Below, piece after piece: positions 27,969 to 37,439 of a stretch of DNA of 64,000 bases (its first letter is position 1; each line of letters starts with the position of its first letter). The position numbers and the translations under genes are program-made. Where the stretch lies: NCBI GenBank assembly GCA_041690595.1, contig JAWLHB010000010.1, positions 62,001-126,000 on the forward strand. Reading direction: 5' to 3'. This stretch comes from Lentisphaeria bacterium (lineage in GTDB: Bacteria > Verrucomicrobiota > Lentisphaeria > JABSQK01 > JAWLHB01). Under the pieces are notes generated by a model. It did not search any database. It had not been told where the DNA came from and worked only from the letters and a program-made list of their open reading frames with translations.

Positions 27969-30260
27969 ATGACCCAGCGCATTCTGCTTGCCGTGTTCAG
28001 CCTCTTCCTGGTCGTCAACGCACCCGCCCAGGATGCCTCGACAGGCGCCGTTTATCGTCTGTTGGGTGAGTTTGGCGCTTTCGACACGGTTCCCAATGCG
28101 GAGGCGGCATTCGCCAGGGCCATGGAGCAACTGACCAGCGAGAACGGCGGCATTCTCGTCGTGCCGCCCAATGCGCCGATTCGCGCCAGGCTGGAGAACA
28201 CCGCGCGCTGGAGCCACAGCCTCAACCCCGCCTCGGGTCGTCTGCAGGATTGGAAGGTGGGGCCGGGCGTCATGGTCATCGACCTGCGGCACGGGACCAC
28301 GCGCCTGATGGTACCGCAGCTCAGCGATACAGGATCTCGCGGCGGCCTGGTGCTGAACCGTGTGATGCGGATGGAAGAGGGAGACAGCCTTCAGCACTGG
28401 ACGGAAGAAGGAATTGTGAGCATCGAAAACAGCGTCATCCACGGCCCCTGTAACTATCTCGACTGGATTGTCGCCCCGGTAACCGCCGGTCCCGATGCCC
28501 GCTTCTATGTGCCGCAAATACGCAACATCTTTCCGGGCATGTACCTGAACGCTCACGCGGGGCCTGGCTACAATGGCGCCGTCGAGCGTATCACCGTCAA
28601 AGACATCGGTTACGACAAGGAGAAAAAGCTCTATTACTTCACCGCTCATACCAATATCGACCATACTGCCGCCGCCATCGTGCAGAACAAGAGCCATACC
28701 CCCGCAGTGCGTATACAGAATGACTACCATGCCTCCAACCAGACCTTCGATGTTTATCTCGAGCGCAACCAGTACGGAAACGGCGACAGCTATCTTTTTA
28801 ACGCGACCTTCGGCTACATGGGCAACGTGCATTCCATGGCTGGAGATGAGAACGGGATGTGCTATGTGGCATACATCCGTTCGCTGACCGATGTCTTCCG
28901 CGGGCAAGTCGGCGAGGCGGATACTGCGGCAGGCACCCTGAGTTTCATGCCGCAAGCGACGAATGCCCATACACTGGGCAACTCGCGCCCCCTGATCAAC
29001 CTCAATCCCGCCAAGTGGATTACCCAAGGCAAGGTCATCGTTGTTCCCCCGGAGTCTTTCTACGATACGATCGACACCGGCAAATACGTCTACCAGGGAA
29101 AGAGCTGGCCGACAACGTTGGCGCCGACGCGCGGCAGTGGCATTAACGGCTTGCGCATGGGCGGGCTCATGCGCTTCACCGCCGATGCTCCCATCGATCA
29201 GACGGTGATCGGCCGCTTCTTCGCGGTTGACGAAGCTAACGAATATGTGCCGGGGCGCACCGCCAACCTTCGCCGGTGGTACGAGATCACCGCGGTCACC
29301 CTGAACGAGGATGGAACCAAGGACATACTGATCCAGCGTCACTGGTGGGGCGCCAAGGATGCAGGGTCCCCCACCCTATACAGCCCGGACAATTATACGT
29401 GGGATGGCCATGAGCGGCCACTCAGCTACATCATTGCTCCCGGCACCTACGTGAACGATCTTCGCGAAGCGGTAGGCACCGAGGCGGATCGCACCGGTAT
29501 CGCGCCGCGCCGCCTCGGCATCAGTCCCCCGCCAGTCTCCGGAACGGCATTCGATTTTGCGGCAGGCGATGCCATCGAGCAAGCGATCGGCCCGGATCCT
29601 TTCAAACCGCAGGCCTTGCGCGCCTGGTGCTTCGATCAGGTGCCGGGCGCCTGGCCCGCAACCATGATCGAGCTGGCGAATCATGGAACCGTCGCCCGAG
29701 ACAGCGCCATGACGGTCGCCGGCGGTCCCGTGACCGTCGAGGGCGTCGCCAGCCGGGTCGAGCAGCGGCCCGCCTGGGATTACGGCGTCAAGTTCAACTC
29801 GGCAATCGGCGTCGGCATTGCTTTCCTGGGAGATACCACGCGTGCGGCCATGCTCTTCGCCCAGCCAACTCAGGAGCAGCCGATCGTCTGGCAATATGGA
29901 GAGCGCGTGGCTGGACAGCCGGTCAGGGAAGCCTCCCTCAAAGTAGATCGCGAGAACGGCGATCTGGTCTTCAGTGGTGGTGCGATGCATGCTACGGGCG
30001 GATTGGTGACACAGGGGCTCTCCGCGGATGAGACGCCCGCCCGCAACCTGCGCGGCAAGAACGTCAGCGTGCCGGCCGGCGCGGAAGAGATCAGCATCAC
30101 CTTTGCGCACGCTGAAGCCGATGCCAGTTATGCCGTCTTCATCGAGCAGAACTGGCTTGGCAACCGTGCGGTGAGCACCAAGACTGCCGAAGGTTTTACC
30201 GTTCGCTTTGCGCCAGCTGCGCCCGCGGATGCCAGCCTCGACTGGATGATTGTTCGTTAA
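27969..30260 (+). CDS. Secreted hypothetical protein with tailspike/depolymerase-like termini
   Basis: Signal peptide MTQRILLAVFSLFLVVNAPA; EFGA...AAFARAM...GGILVVPP cap-like motif; C-terminal ITFAHAEADASYAV...KTAEGFTVRF...DWMIVR. Confidence 0.7.
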   Translation: MTQRILLAVFSLFLVVNAPAQDASTGAVYRLLGEFGAFDTVPNAEAAFARAMEQLTSENGGILVVPPNAPIRARLENTARWSHSLNPASGRLQDWKVGPGVMVIDLRHGTTRLMVPQLSDTGSRGGLVLNRVMRMEEGDSLQHWTEEGIVSIENSVIHGPCNYLDWIVAPVTAGPDARFYVPQIRNIFPGMYLNAHAGPGYNGAVERITVKDIGYDKEKKLYYFTAHTNIDHTAAAIVQNKSHTPAVRIQNDYHASNQTFDVYLERNQYGNGDSYLFNATFGYMGNVHSMAGDENGMCYVAYIRSLTDVFRGQVGEADTAAGTLSFMPQATNAHTLGNSRPLINLNPAKWITQGKVIVVPPESFYDTIDTGKYVYQGKSWPTTLAPTRGSGINGLRMGGLMRFTADAPIDQTVIGRFFAVDEANEYVPGRTANLRRWYEITAVTLNEDGTKDILIQRHWWGAKDAGSPTLYSPDNYTWDGHERPLSYIIAPGTYVNDLREAVGTEADRTGIAPRRLGISPPPVSGTAFDFAAGDAIEQAIGPDPFKPQALRAWCFDQVPGAWPATMIELANHGTVARDSAMTVAGGPVTVEGVASRVEQRPAWDYGVKFNSAIGVGIAFLGDTTRAAMLFAQPTQEQPIVWQYGERVAGQPVREASLKVDRENGDLVFSGGAMHATGGLVTQGLSADETPARNLRGKNVSVPAGAEEISITFAHAEADASYAVFIEQNWLGNRAVSTKTAEGFTVRFAPAAPADASLDWMIVR

Positions 30261-30262
30261 CC

Positions 30263-32440
30263 ATGAAAGGCGATGCCACGTCCATGATTTCCAATTCTCC
30301 GAGTCTGAAACCTTCCGTATCCATCGATCAATCCGCTGCTTCGCTGACCTTGTCCTGGTCGAACGGATGCGCACTCTACTTCTTGCTCGATGGGGACAAC
30401 GTCCGCGGGATCGGCGCCGTCTCCGTCAATGGCATACTGCTGCGCCATCCAGCGACGCTGTGGCGGCCCTTGATCTCGACAGCGGATGGGGTGCAGTATC
30501 CACGGCTTCATCTGGAAGCAATCCAGAAAGGGAAGGATGGCCGTACGAGTCTGGTGCTCGCAGCCCACGGTTGGCGTACGCGCATCCAGGAGGAGCAGGA
30601 CGAATACAAGTGCGAGATCCTCGATCTGACACCGGATACCCCAATCGTCGATCGATTGATCTGGACGCTGTGGCCGAGCGAGCGCGAGTTCAGCGGTCAT
30701 CGCTTTCGTGGCTTTGCGTATCAGTACACCTTCGAGTCCAGTGACCCGCGACGCACTCTACACAGGCTCTTCGACCTGGCCACATGGGAGATCGGTGGCA
30801 CCGTCGACGGCAACACCCTCCTTTTTCAGGGGCAACTCAATCCGCCGGCGACAAAGCTGAGCACCGAGTCTTACTTCACCACCGAGTGCAGCTACTACGG
30901 GGCCGAGATGCGCGGCTCCCTGGGGCCGGGGCAGAAAACCTCGATGCAGCGCCTCCCGCGCGTCGGCACGGTACAGGCATTCGACATGCTCCATCATGAC
31001 CAGGGCATCCTGGTCAACGTCTTCGACGGGCCCGAGGGGATCCTGTCGGTGCTGCACAAGAACGAAGGAGAGCCATGCCTGCACATTGTTGACGAGCATC
31101 GCGCGGCACTCACCGATCGTTTTACGTCGCAGCCCAAGCACATTCTCTTTCTGCCGACGGCTCGCCCTTGGCCGCGGGTCGACTACCGCAATCTTTGGCG
31201 TCGCCTCCTGGACGAGGTGCACGAGGGACTTCGCGCACGGCATGGCATCGTCCGCTCGCAGCTCCGCCCGCACGTCTGGCTGCCTCAGGTCAGCAATGAT
31301 CACTATCGCCTGAATGGTCACTTCGGTAAGCGGACCGATTTCCTGCGTTATCTGGCCGATGAAATGGTCCCTCGCTGGGCGGAGATGGGGGTGCGGCGTG
31401 TCGTCGCCCCGTCCCTGTGGAAGAGTGACTATACGGAGATGCGCTTCGTCTGCAAGAACGACAGTGGCATGCAGGGCGGTTTCACCGTCAGTGGCATCTG
31501 CTGTGTTCACGAACACACCATTTCGCCGCTTTTCGGTGGTGAAGAAGCCTTGGCTGTGTTCGTGGAGAGCGCTCATCGCCATGACATCGACGTGCTGCTA
31601 TGGTGGGCGACGCATCTCAGCCGTCGCGCGCCTATCTTCCAGCAGCACCCGGAGTGGATGGTGCATTCGCGAGATGGTCAGCCGGGATGCGGCGGCATCG
31701 GCAAGAGCGTCATCATCCCGCTCGACCTGAACAACCCTGCGTGCTTCGCCTGGGAACTGGAGCGCCTGCGCAAGGTGCGGGAGGCAACCGGCGTCGATGG
31801 TGTCTTCCATGATTCTTACGGCAACTATACCTTCCTGCCCATCAACTACGCCGAGCCGCAATGGCGGGCTCAGCACGACGCCTATGCTCGCCTGGTGCGC
31901 AAGATGCAGCAGATGGGAATGCGTGAGTTCATGATCGAAGGACTGGGGCCATGGGGCGTCGGCCACTTTGGGATGAACCTGGCGCCGCGGACGGGCGAGG
32001 GCAGCTACCAGAACGCCCTGGATTGGTGGCTCGGCGAGGAGGATATGGTTTACGGTCTGGACATGGGCATCAACGCGAAGATATGGCCGGAACGCGATGA
32101 AGAGGCCTTCCAATTCGCTTTCCGCTGCATCGCCAGCGGTGGACGCTTCGGTTTCACCGGTCATGAAGGCGGCTTGGAGAAATGGAGCAGCTGGCTGCGC
32201 AAGCTCAATCGAATGCATGCGAGGATCGTGCCTCCGCGGGGCGAGCGGACCCTGCTGCCGGAGGATCGGGGCGTACTCTGGCAGATTGACGATCACACAC
32301 GATTGCTCTTCGCCTATCGCGCATTCGAATTTGCTCTGGATGGAGCCAAGGCAGCGGTTCTGGATGGGGAGAGCGAAAAACCACTGGATGAGGAGATGCT
32401 GAAGACGAGTGCGTATACGCTGTATAAACTCAGGATCTAG
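30263..32440 (+). CDS. Hypothetical protein with glycoside-hydrolase-like TIM barrel (clan D/GH13-like motifs)
   Basis: FVESAHRHDIDVLLW, HPEW, LDLNNP, GVDGVFHDS. No clear signal peptide. Confidence 0.65.
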   Translation: MKGDATSMISNSPSLKPSVSIDQSAASLTLSWSNGCALYFLLDGDNVRGIGAVSVNGILLRHPATLWRPLISTADGVQYPRLHLEAIQKGKDGRTSLVLAAHGWRTRIQEEQDEYKCEILDLTPDTPIVDRLIWTLWPSEREFSGHRFRGFAYQYTFESSDPRRTLHRLFDLATWEIGGTVDGNTLLFQGQLNPPATKLSTESYFTTECSYYGAEMRGSLGPGQKTSMQRLPRVGTVQAFDMLHHDQGILVNVFDGPEGILSVLHKNEGEPCLHIVDEHRAALTDRFTSQPKHILFLPTARPWPRVDYRNLWRRLLDEVHEGLRARHGIVRSQLRPHVWLPQVSNDHYRLNGHFGKRTDFLRYLADEMVPRWAEMGVRRVVAPSLWKSDYTEMRFVCKNDSGMQGGFTVSGICCVHEHTISPLFGGEEALAVFVESAHRHDIDVLLWWATHLSRRAPIFQQHPEWMVHSRDGQPGCGGIGKSVIIPLDLNNPACFAWELERLRKVREATGVDGVFHDSYGNYTFLPINYAEPQWRAQHDAYARLVRKMQQMGMREFMIEGLGPWGVGHFGMNLAPRTGEGSYQNALDWWLGEEDMVYGLDMGINAKIWPERDEEAFQFAFRCIASGGRFGFTGHEGGLEKWSSWLRKLNRMHARIVPPRGERTLLPEDRGVLWQIDDHTRLLFAYRAFEFALDGAKAAVLDGESEKPLDEEMLKTSAYTLYKLRI

Positions 32441-32467
32441 TGTATCCTGAACCAAAAGGAGAACGAC

Positions 32468-33298
32468 ATGAACAAAAGCGCCAGATTCACGTTGATAGAG
32501 CTTCTTGTAGTCATCGCGATTATCGCCATTTTGGCTTCGCTGCTGTTGCCTGCTTTGGCCAAGGCGCGAGACAAAGTAAAGACATCCTCCTGCGCCAATA
32601 ACCAGAAGGGAATCGGCCTGGCCTTGACCATGTACACCGCCGACAATGACGACACCTATCCCTACGCCAATCCGGCCCGGCCCGGCTATTACAGCAATTG
32701 GTCTGCAGCCTATTGTTTTCCATGGATGATGGCGGTTCGCGATTATCTGGGAGGTTACAAGGCCAACGAGGTGGTCAGGCAGCTTCGCTGTCCAGCCAAT
32801 GAGTTCGGGCCCTACTTCCAGAATGCCCAGAGCAATCCGCCCCCCACCTACGGCATGGGGCCCGCCTTTCCCAGTAACTGGCATGATCAGTCCGGGATCA
32901 ATCCCACTATTGCCGGAAATGAAAGTCACTATGTCAATCCCATGAAGGACAGCCGCATTCTCGATGCGGCGGCAGTGCTGCTGATGGGCGAGGTGCCCAA
33001 CGGCGATGCCACCACTACCGCCCCCTACTTCCGAAAGTTTGCGACCGTTACGGTCTCCTACGTACCGTTCTGGGTGTGGAGCTACTCGAACTACTGGTAC
33101 ACTGATGAAATCGCCGCTCGCCCTCCCAGTGGTGGGCCGATGATACAGATTCCACATGATGCCGCCTGGAATTCGCTGCATGCCGATGGGCATGTGCGGT
33201 TGGACAAGCGGGAGAGACTCATTTATCTGTCGCGTTTCATCGCTTACGCCGGCGTCGACGGTGAAGGCGATCTGTATTGGTTGAACCGACTCAAGTAA
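32468..33298 (+). CDS. Prepilin-like N-terminal methylation / DUF1559 protein with H-X9-DG motif
   Basis: [29 protein letters not shown]...[15 protein letters not shown]-terminal [12 protein letters not shown] (exact H-X9-DG); AAGGAG RBS. Confidence 0.92.
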   Translation: MNKSARFTLIELLVVIAIIAILASLLLPALAKARDKVKTSSCANNQKGIGLALTMYTADNDDTYPYANPARPGYYSNWSAAYCFPWMMAVRDYLGGYKANEVVRQLRCPANEFGPYFQNAQSNPPPTYGMGPAFPSNWHDQSGINPTIAGNESHYVNPMKDSRILDAAAVLLMGEVPNGDATTTAPYFRKFATVTVSYVPFWVWSYSNYWYTDEIAARPPSGGPMIQIPHDAAWNSLHADGHVRLDKRERLIYLSRFIAYAGVDGEGDLYWLNRLK

Positions 33299-33316
33299 GG
33301 CGGATCCCAAAGCTGC

Positions 33317-35719
33317 ATGGCGTTACGTCACCAAACAAAACTGCTGATATGCTGCCTCTTGGGCGCTGCCTCGACGCTTCTTGCGCTGGAACTGAAGAAT
33401 GGACCAGACGGCACGGCCATGGTGCTGGACGAACGCGCTTCAGGGAGCAGTGCGGTGGCCATCGCCATTACCGAAGAAGCTGGCCAGGTGGAATGGCCCA
33501 TCGGCGAACTGGCGCCCGGTCTTTACGAAGCCGTTACGCACCTGCACCTGCATCTTCCGGCGGCCTTTGACCACGGGCGGCTGCGGCTCACTATCACCTT
33601 GGCCAACGATGTGGGCGAAGAGAGTCTGGAACTGTTGCACACGCAGTTCAACAGCGATCCCGCCCGTTATACTCCGCTTCACCTGCCGCTGGAAGTTCTC
33701 CGCGCCGGCCGGCAACGGCTGCGTCTCTCCTGGAGCATCGCACCCCTGCCCTCTTACATGAAGGAACGGCCTGCCATGCCGATCGAGGCGCCTACTACTG
33801 CCGACGCCGGTCTTGGTCTTGGAACCAACCGAAAGCGTGCGGATGCCGCCGATGAACTTGCCGACATGATCATGGCTGACGAAGCTGTGGGGCTTGACAC
33901 CATCACCTATCCGGCAATCCTTCTCGACACCATCGTCATCGAGACGCTCACCACCACCCTTGGCATTACCCGTGTCTGGCCCGCCAAGCTCCACGTTTAC
34001 CCGGGAGAGGCGAATCCGGTCGACGTCACCGTACGCAATTACAGCGAGGAAGCCCATCAGGTGGTGGTTGCCCTGGCCCTTCACTGTGGCTTGGACGAGG
34101 TGATTGATGGTGGGCGGCAGAGCCTGGAGATAGCGGCCGGTGAGAACGCGGAGGTCCACTTCGAGTGGCCTGGCGGCGAGCGCGAGTTCGGCTACGAAGC
34201 ACGCGCCACCCTGCTGCGGGATGAAGAGCCTCTCCACCAGGCCAGCGAGTATTTCTCGGTTGGCTCCCCGATCTGGAAGACGGCTATTCAGGGCAATGGC
34301 TTTCTCACCTGGTACGGGCGCGAAGATAAGTTCGCTCCGCACGTCGAGGCGAATCGCCGCAAGTACATCAACGTGGAAGAGGCCTTCAGTTGGCAGCCGA
34401 GTTCGTGGGACGACCTTACGCCTGAAGGTGATGACTGGTGGGCCGGCCAGAACAACTATCACAATTCCCGTTCCGGACTCGAGAACTGGCTCGACCTGAG
34501 CCATCGACATGGGATCAAAATGATCACCTACCTCTTTGCCACAGCCAGCGGTCCATCCGGCGCCGAGACAGCACGTCGGCTTCCCGACACGATCACCCAT
34601 CAGGAACTGGGGCTTGTCAGCGAGTTTCATGACGTGGAGGATCTTCGCTTGTATGCCCTGACTCACGAGACTCCTTCACTCTGGCGCTTTCAATACGGGG
34701 TATGGCACTCCTTCAGCTTCAATCGAGGTTATCTGCGTACCATCGAGCTGGCGATGACCGAAGTGATCGCTTCAGCCCGCGAATTCGGCTGGGACGGCAT
34801 GCGTTTCGACTCTCCTCCCAGTTGGGGCGCCATGAGTGCCGCGCAGGTGCACGAGGAGTTTGCCGACCTCGGTGTTGCGGAACTGATGGAGCGCCTGGTG
34901 CCGGAGTATGTCGAGCAGCGTGAGGGGAACTGGGATGCGTCCGCCATCTCCGTGCGCAACATCCGCTATGCCCGGCACCGCATGCGAGAGGAGCTTGGCA
35001 AGGACTTCGCTGTCTCCAACAATCTCGGCCGCGACGTGGAAGGCTCGCCTTTCTACCAGGACTGCGCCAGCGATGGCGGTCAGATCCAGCACGAAGGCAT
35101 TCGCCACTCCCGCTCCTGGAAAGCCTACGAAGCGATCTGCCTGCAACAGAGTGAGCTGGCCCGCAGCCATGGCGGCTATCATTGCGTCTGCTCACTGGAC
35201 GAGGTTGACGAAGCGGGTCGCGCCTACGCCGCCATCTACACGTTTGCCGGAGGCAGCCATCCCTACGGCGAGTGGGGATACCAATGGGATCGGCCGTTAC
35301 CGGGCCCCTACTCTCGCTTCATGACGCGTTACGGCGAGCTTTGCTGGAGCCTCGATCTGACGCCGGCATCACCCGCGGAGGCAGGCTTTTCCGTCTCGGC
35401 ACCCGCCCCACTCTCATGGGAATCCTACGTGCGCCGGCGTACTCTGCCGGATGGAAGGAAACAAGTGGTCTTGCACCTCATCACGCCGCCGCCGACAGAC
35501 GAGATCGTCGCTTCGGAGCCGGTGCGACTACATCCCTGGCAGAGCGGGATTCGTGTCACTGGCGCTCACACCATGGCACCGGCGGTCTGGCTGCTCAGCG
35601 CGGAACCCCATCCGCGGGCGCAACGCCTTGAAGCTGAACCCGATGAAAACGGCATGACGGTAACCATTTCCCAGCATCATCTCTGGAGCATTCTGGTGTG
35701 GCATGAAGCAAACGACTGA
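33317..35719 (+). CDS. Secreted hypothetical protein, GH66-like architecture
   Basis: Signal peptide; KLHVYPGE Ig-like module; WLDLSHRHGIKMITY; FGWDGMRFDS. Confidence 0.6.
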   Translation: MALRHQTKLLICCLLGAASTLLALELKNGPDGTAMVLDERASGSSAVAIAITEEAGQVEWPIGELAPGLYEAVTHLHLHLPAAFDHGRLRLTITLANDVGEESLELLHTQFNSDPARYTPLHLPLEVLRAGRQRLRLSWSIAPLPSYMKERPAMPIEAPTTADAGLGLGTNRKRADAADELADMIMADEAVGLDTITYPAILLDTIVIETLTTTLGITRVWPAKLHVYPGEANPVDVTVRNYSEEAHQVVVALALHCGLDEVIDGGRQSLEIAAGENAEVHFEWPGGEREFGYEARATLLRDEEPLHQASEYFSVGSPIWKTAIQGNGFLTWYGREDKFAPHVEANRRKYINVEEAFSWQPSSWDDLTPEGDDWWAGQNNYHNSRSGLENWLDLSHRHGIKMITYLFATASGPSGAETARRLPDTITHQELGLVSEFHDVEDLRLYALTHETPSLWRFQYGVWHSFSFNRGYLRTIELAMTEVIASAREFGWDGMRFDSPPSWGAMSAAQVHEEFADLGVAELMERLVPEYVEQREGNWDASAISVRNIRYARHRMREELGKDFAVSNNLGRDVEGSPFYQDCASDGGQIQHEGIRHSRSWKAYEAICLQQSELARSHGGYHCVCSLDEVDEAGRAYAAIYTFAGGSHPYGEWGYQWDRPLPGPYSRFMTRYGELCWSLDLTPASPAEAGFSVSAPAPLSWESYVRRRTLPDGRKQVVLHLITPPPTDEIVASEPVRLHPWQSGIRVTGAHTMAPAVWLLSAEPHPRAQRLEAEPDENGMTVTISQHHLWSILVWHEAND

Positions 35720-37439
35720 TCGCCTGGCATGGTGCCTTACTTTTTTTGTGCTGCTCTCCGTCACGGCGGAAGAGTGGAGCTGGCAGCGGACGCTGGTGCC
35801 GCGGGCGCTCCTGGTGGAAGGGCTTTGGAGCGATACCACTCGTCTGCGCGAAGCCGTTCGCGAAGCCGGCCTCCCGTACGATACGGCTTACAAGTCCCGC
35901 AGCGCGTACTGGCGTCCCCAGGATCGTCTGGTCGGCATGCCCGCCGAAGTCGAGCCCTACAGGAAGTATGCGGTCATCGTCCTCAATAACATCGACGCAG
36001 AGACGCTGACAGCTGAGCGAATCGCGATCATCGACCGGTTTGTGCGCGCGGGAGGTGGACTGGTGATTTTCGGGGGCCACTGGGTTTACGATCGCGGCGG
36101 CTATGGCGGGACCGCTCTGGCGGAAATGCTTCCGGTTACCATGCCACCTCAGCGTCGCATTCCTGCGCATCGGCAAGGACTTCCTCTCCATGCAGCGGCG
36201 GAGGCCAATTGGCCGCTCGACTATCCATTCCAAGCTGAACCCCGCGCCTTCTACGTGCAGGAACTGGCGCCAAAGACGGAATCCATCGTTCAACTGCAGG
36301 CCGGTGAACTGCCGGCAGTCGTAAGTGGCAGCTATGGCAAGGGGCGGGTTGTCGCCATGGCTCTGACTCCCCATGGTGAAGCAGGCGAGGGAGCGTTGGC
36401 GTTCTGGGAGTGGGAGTCGTGGCCGCGACTCTTCGGACAGATCATCGAGTGGGCCGCGGGCGGGCGCCCGTCCGGACGCGAGATGGAGCAATCTCAGGAT
36501 GCAGGCGATGCCATTCTGGACGACCTGTTGGCCTTGGAGCTTGAACCGGACGCCTTGACGCCGGAGCTCCTGAACACAGCCATGCGGCAGGTGAATGCGC
36601 AGAGCGCGTCGCTCCTGCTTCGGCTGGCACTGGCAACGGATACACGCGCCATCGCCAGGCTGTCCCTGCTGCTGCCGCACCTGCTGCCCTTCGCCGAACC
36701 AGGCTGGGGAGACCAGCTTGAGATTGCCTCGGGACGGTTCAATGCGGATCTGGAAGAACGGCGCGCCGCCTTGATTCTCCTGGGGGCATCCCGCTCCTCC
36801 GGCTCGTTCGCGACGCTGTCGGCTGCCCTCGACGATGAGCCGGTGCGCACGGCCGCGGCCGAAGGATTGGGCCATCTGGGTGACGCTCGGGCAATCCCCA
36901 TGCTGCGGAACCTTTATGCACGGGCCGGAGAAGCCGCCCTGTCGGACACATTCGTTGGTGAGATCGACCCGGAATGTTACGCGCGGGAGGCGGCCCATAC
37001 GCTTCTGGCAGCCGCGCTGGGGCTGTACCGGCTGGGCGAGGAGAAGGGGGTTCCCCGCCTGCTGGAGGCGCACCAGCAGGCACACCTCTATCACCGCATC
37101 TTCCGTAACGCCGCCAAGCGTCGCGTTCTGGACAAGGACACTCAGGGTCTGGCCATCAAGCGCCAGATCATCGCGCAGGGGCAGGCGCTGGAGAGTTCCC
37201 TCGCGCATCTCTACACTGCGGCGCTGCCCATCCCCCCATCGCAGATCGAGGCGCTCACCGCCCGCTGTCTGGCACCGTTGAGCGAGGAGGATCTATTCCT
37301 GCTCGAACACCTCTTGCAGGCATCTGCCGGCGATACTCGTTTCAGCGCGGAGGAGTGGAAGCCCTTGCTGAATTCAAGCGATGGCATCATTCGCCGCATC
37401 GGCGTCGCACTGGTGCAGCAAGCCGAACTCAGGCCATGA
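35703..37439 (+). CDS. Secreted class-I glutamine amidotransferase-like (DUF1355-like) plus HEAT-repeat protein
   Basis: Signal peptide; YAVIVLNNI, FVRAGGGLVIFGG, LAEMLPV, YGKGRVVA; HEAT motif VRTAAAEGLGHLGDARAIPML. Confidence 0.7.
   Translation: MKQTTDRLAWCLTFFVLLSVTAEEWSWQRTLVPRALLVEGLWSDTTRLREAVREAGLPYDTAYKSRSAYWRPQDRLVGMPAEVEPYRKYAVIVLNNIDAETLTAERIAIIDRFVRAGGGLVIFGGHWVYDRGGYGGTALAEMLPVTMPPQRRIPAHRQGLPLHAAAEANWPLDYPFQAEPRAFYVQELAPKTESIVQLQAGELPAVVSGSYGKGRVVAMALTPHGEAGEGALAFWEWESWPRLFGQIIEWAAGGRPSGREMEQSQDAGDAILDDLLALELEPDALTPELLNTAMRQVNAQSASLLLRLALATDTRAIARLSLLLPHLLPFAEPGWGDQLEIASGRFNADLEERRAALILLGASRSSGSFATLSAALDDEPVRTAAAEGLGHLGDARAIPMLRNLYARAGEAALSDTFVGEIDPECYAREAAHTLLAAALGLYRLGEEKGVPRLLEAHQQAHLYHRIFRNAAKRRVLDKDTQGLAIKRQIIAQGQALESSLAHLYTAALPIPPSQIEALTARCLAPLSEEDLFLLEHLLQASAGDTRFSAEEWKPLLNSSDGIIRRIGVALVQQAELRP

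Noticed and set aside
27969..30260. Prophage interpretation of the tailspike-like gene
   Set aside because: No integrase, terminase, capsid, lysis genes or att repeats were seen, and the protein has a signal peptide.
27768..37208. Several long minus-strand ORFs (524, 570, 408, 537 aa)
   Set aside because: They are shadows of the plus-strand cluster, whose genes have signal peptides, RBSs and tight junctions.
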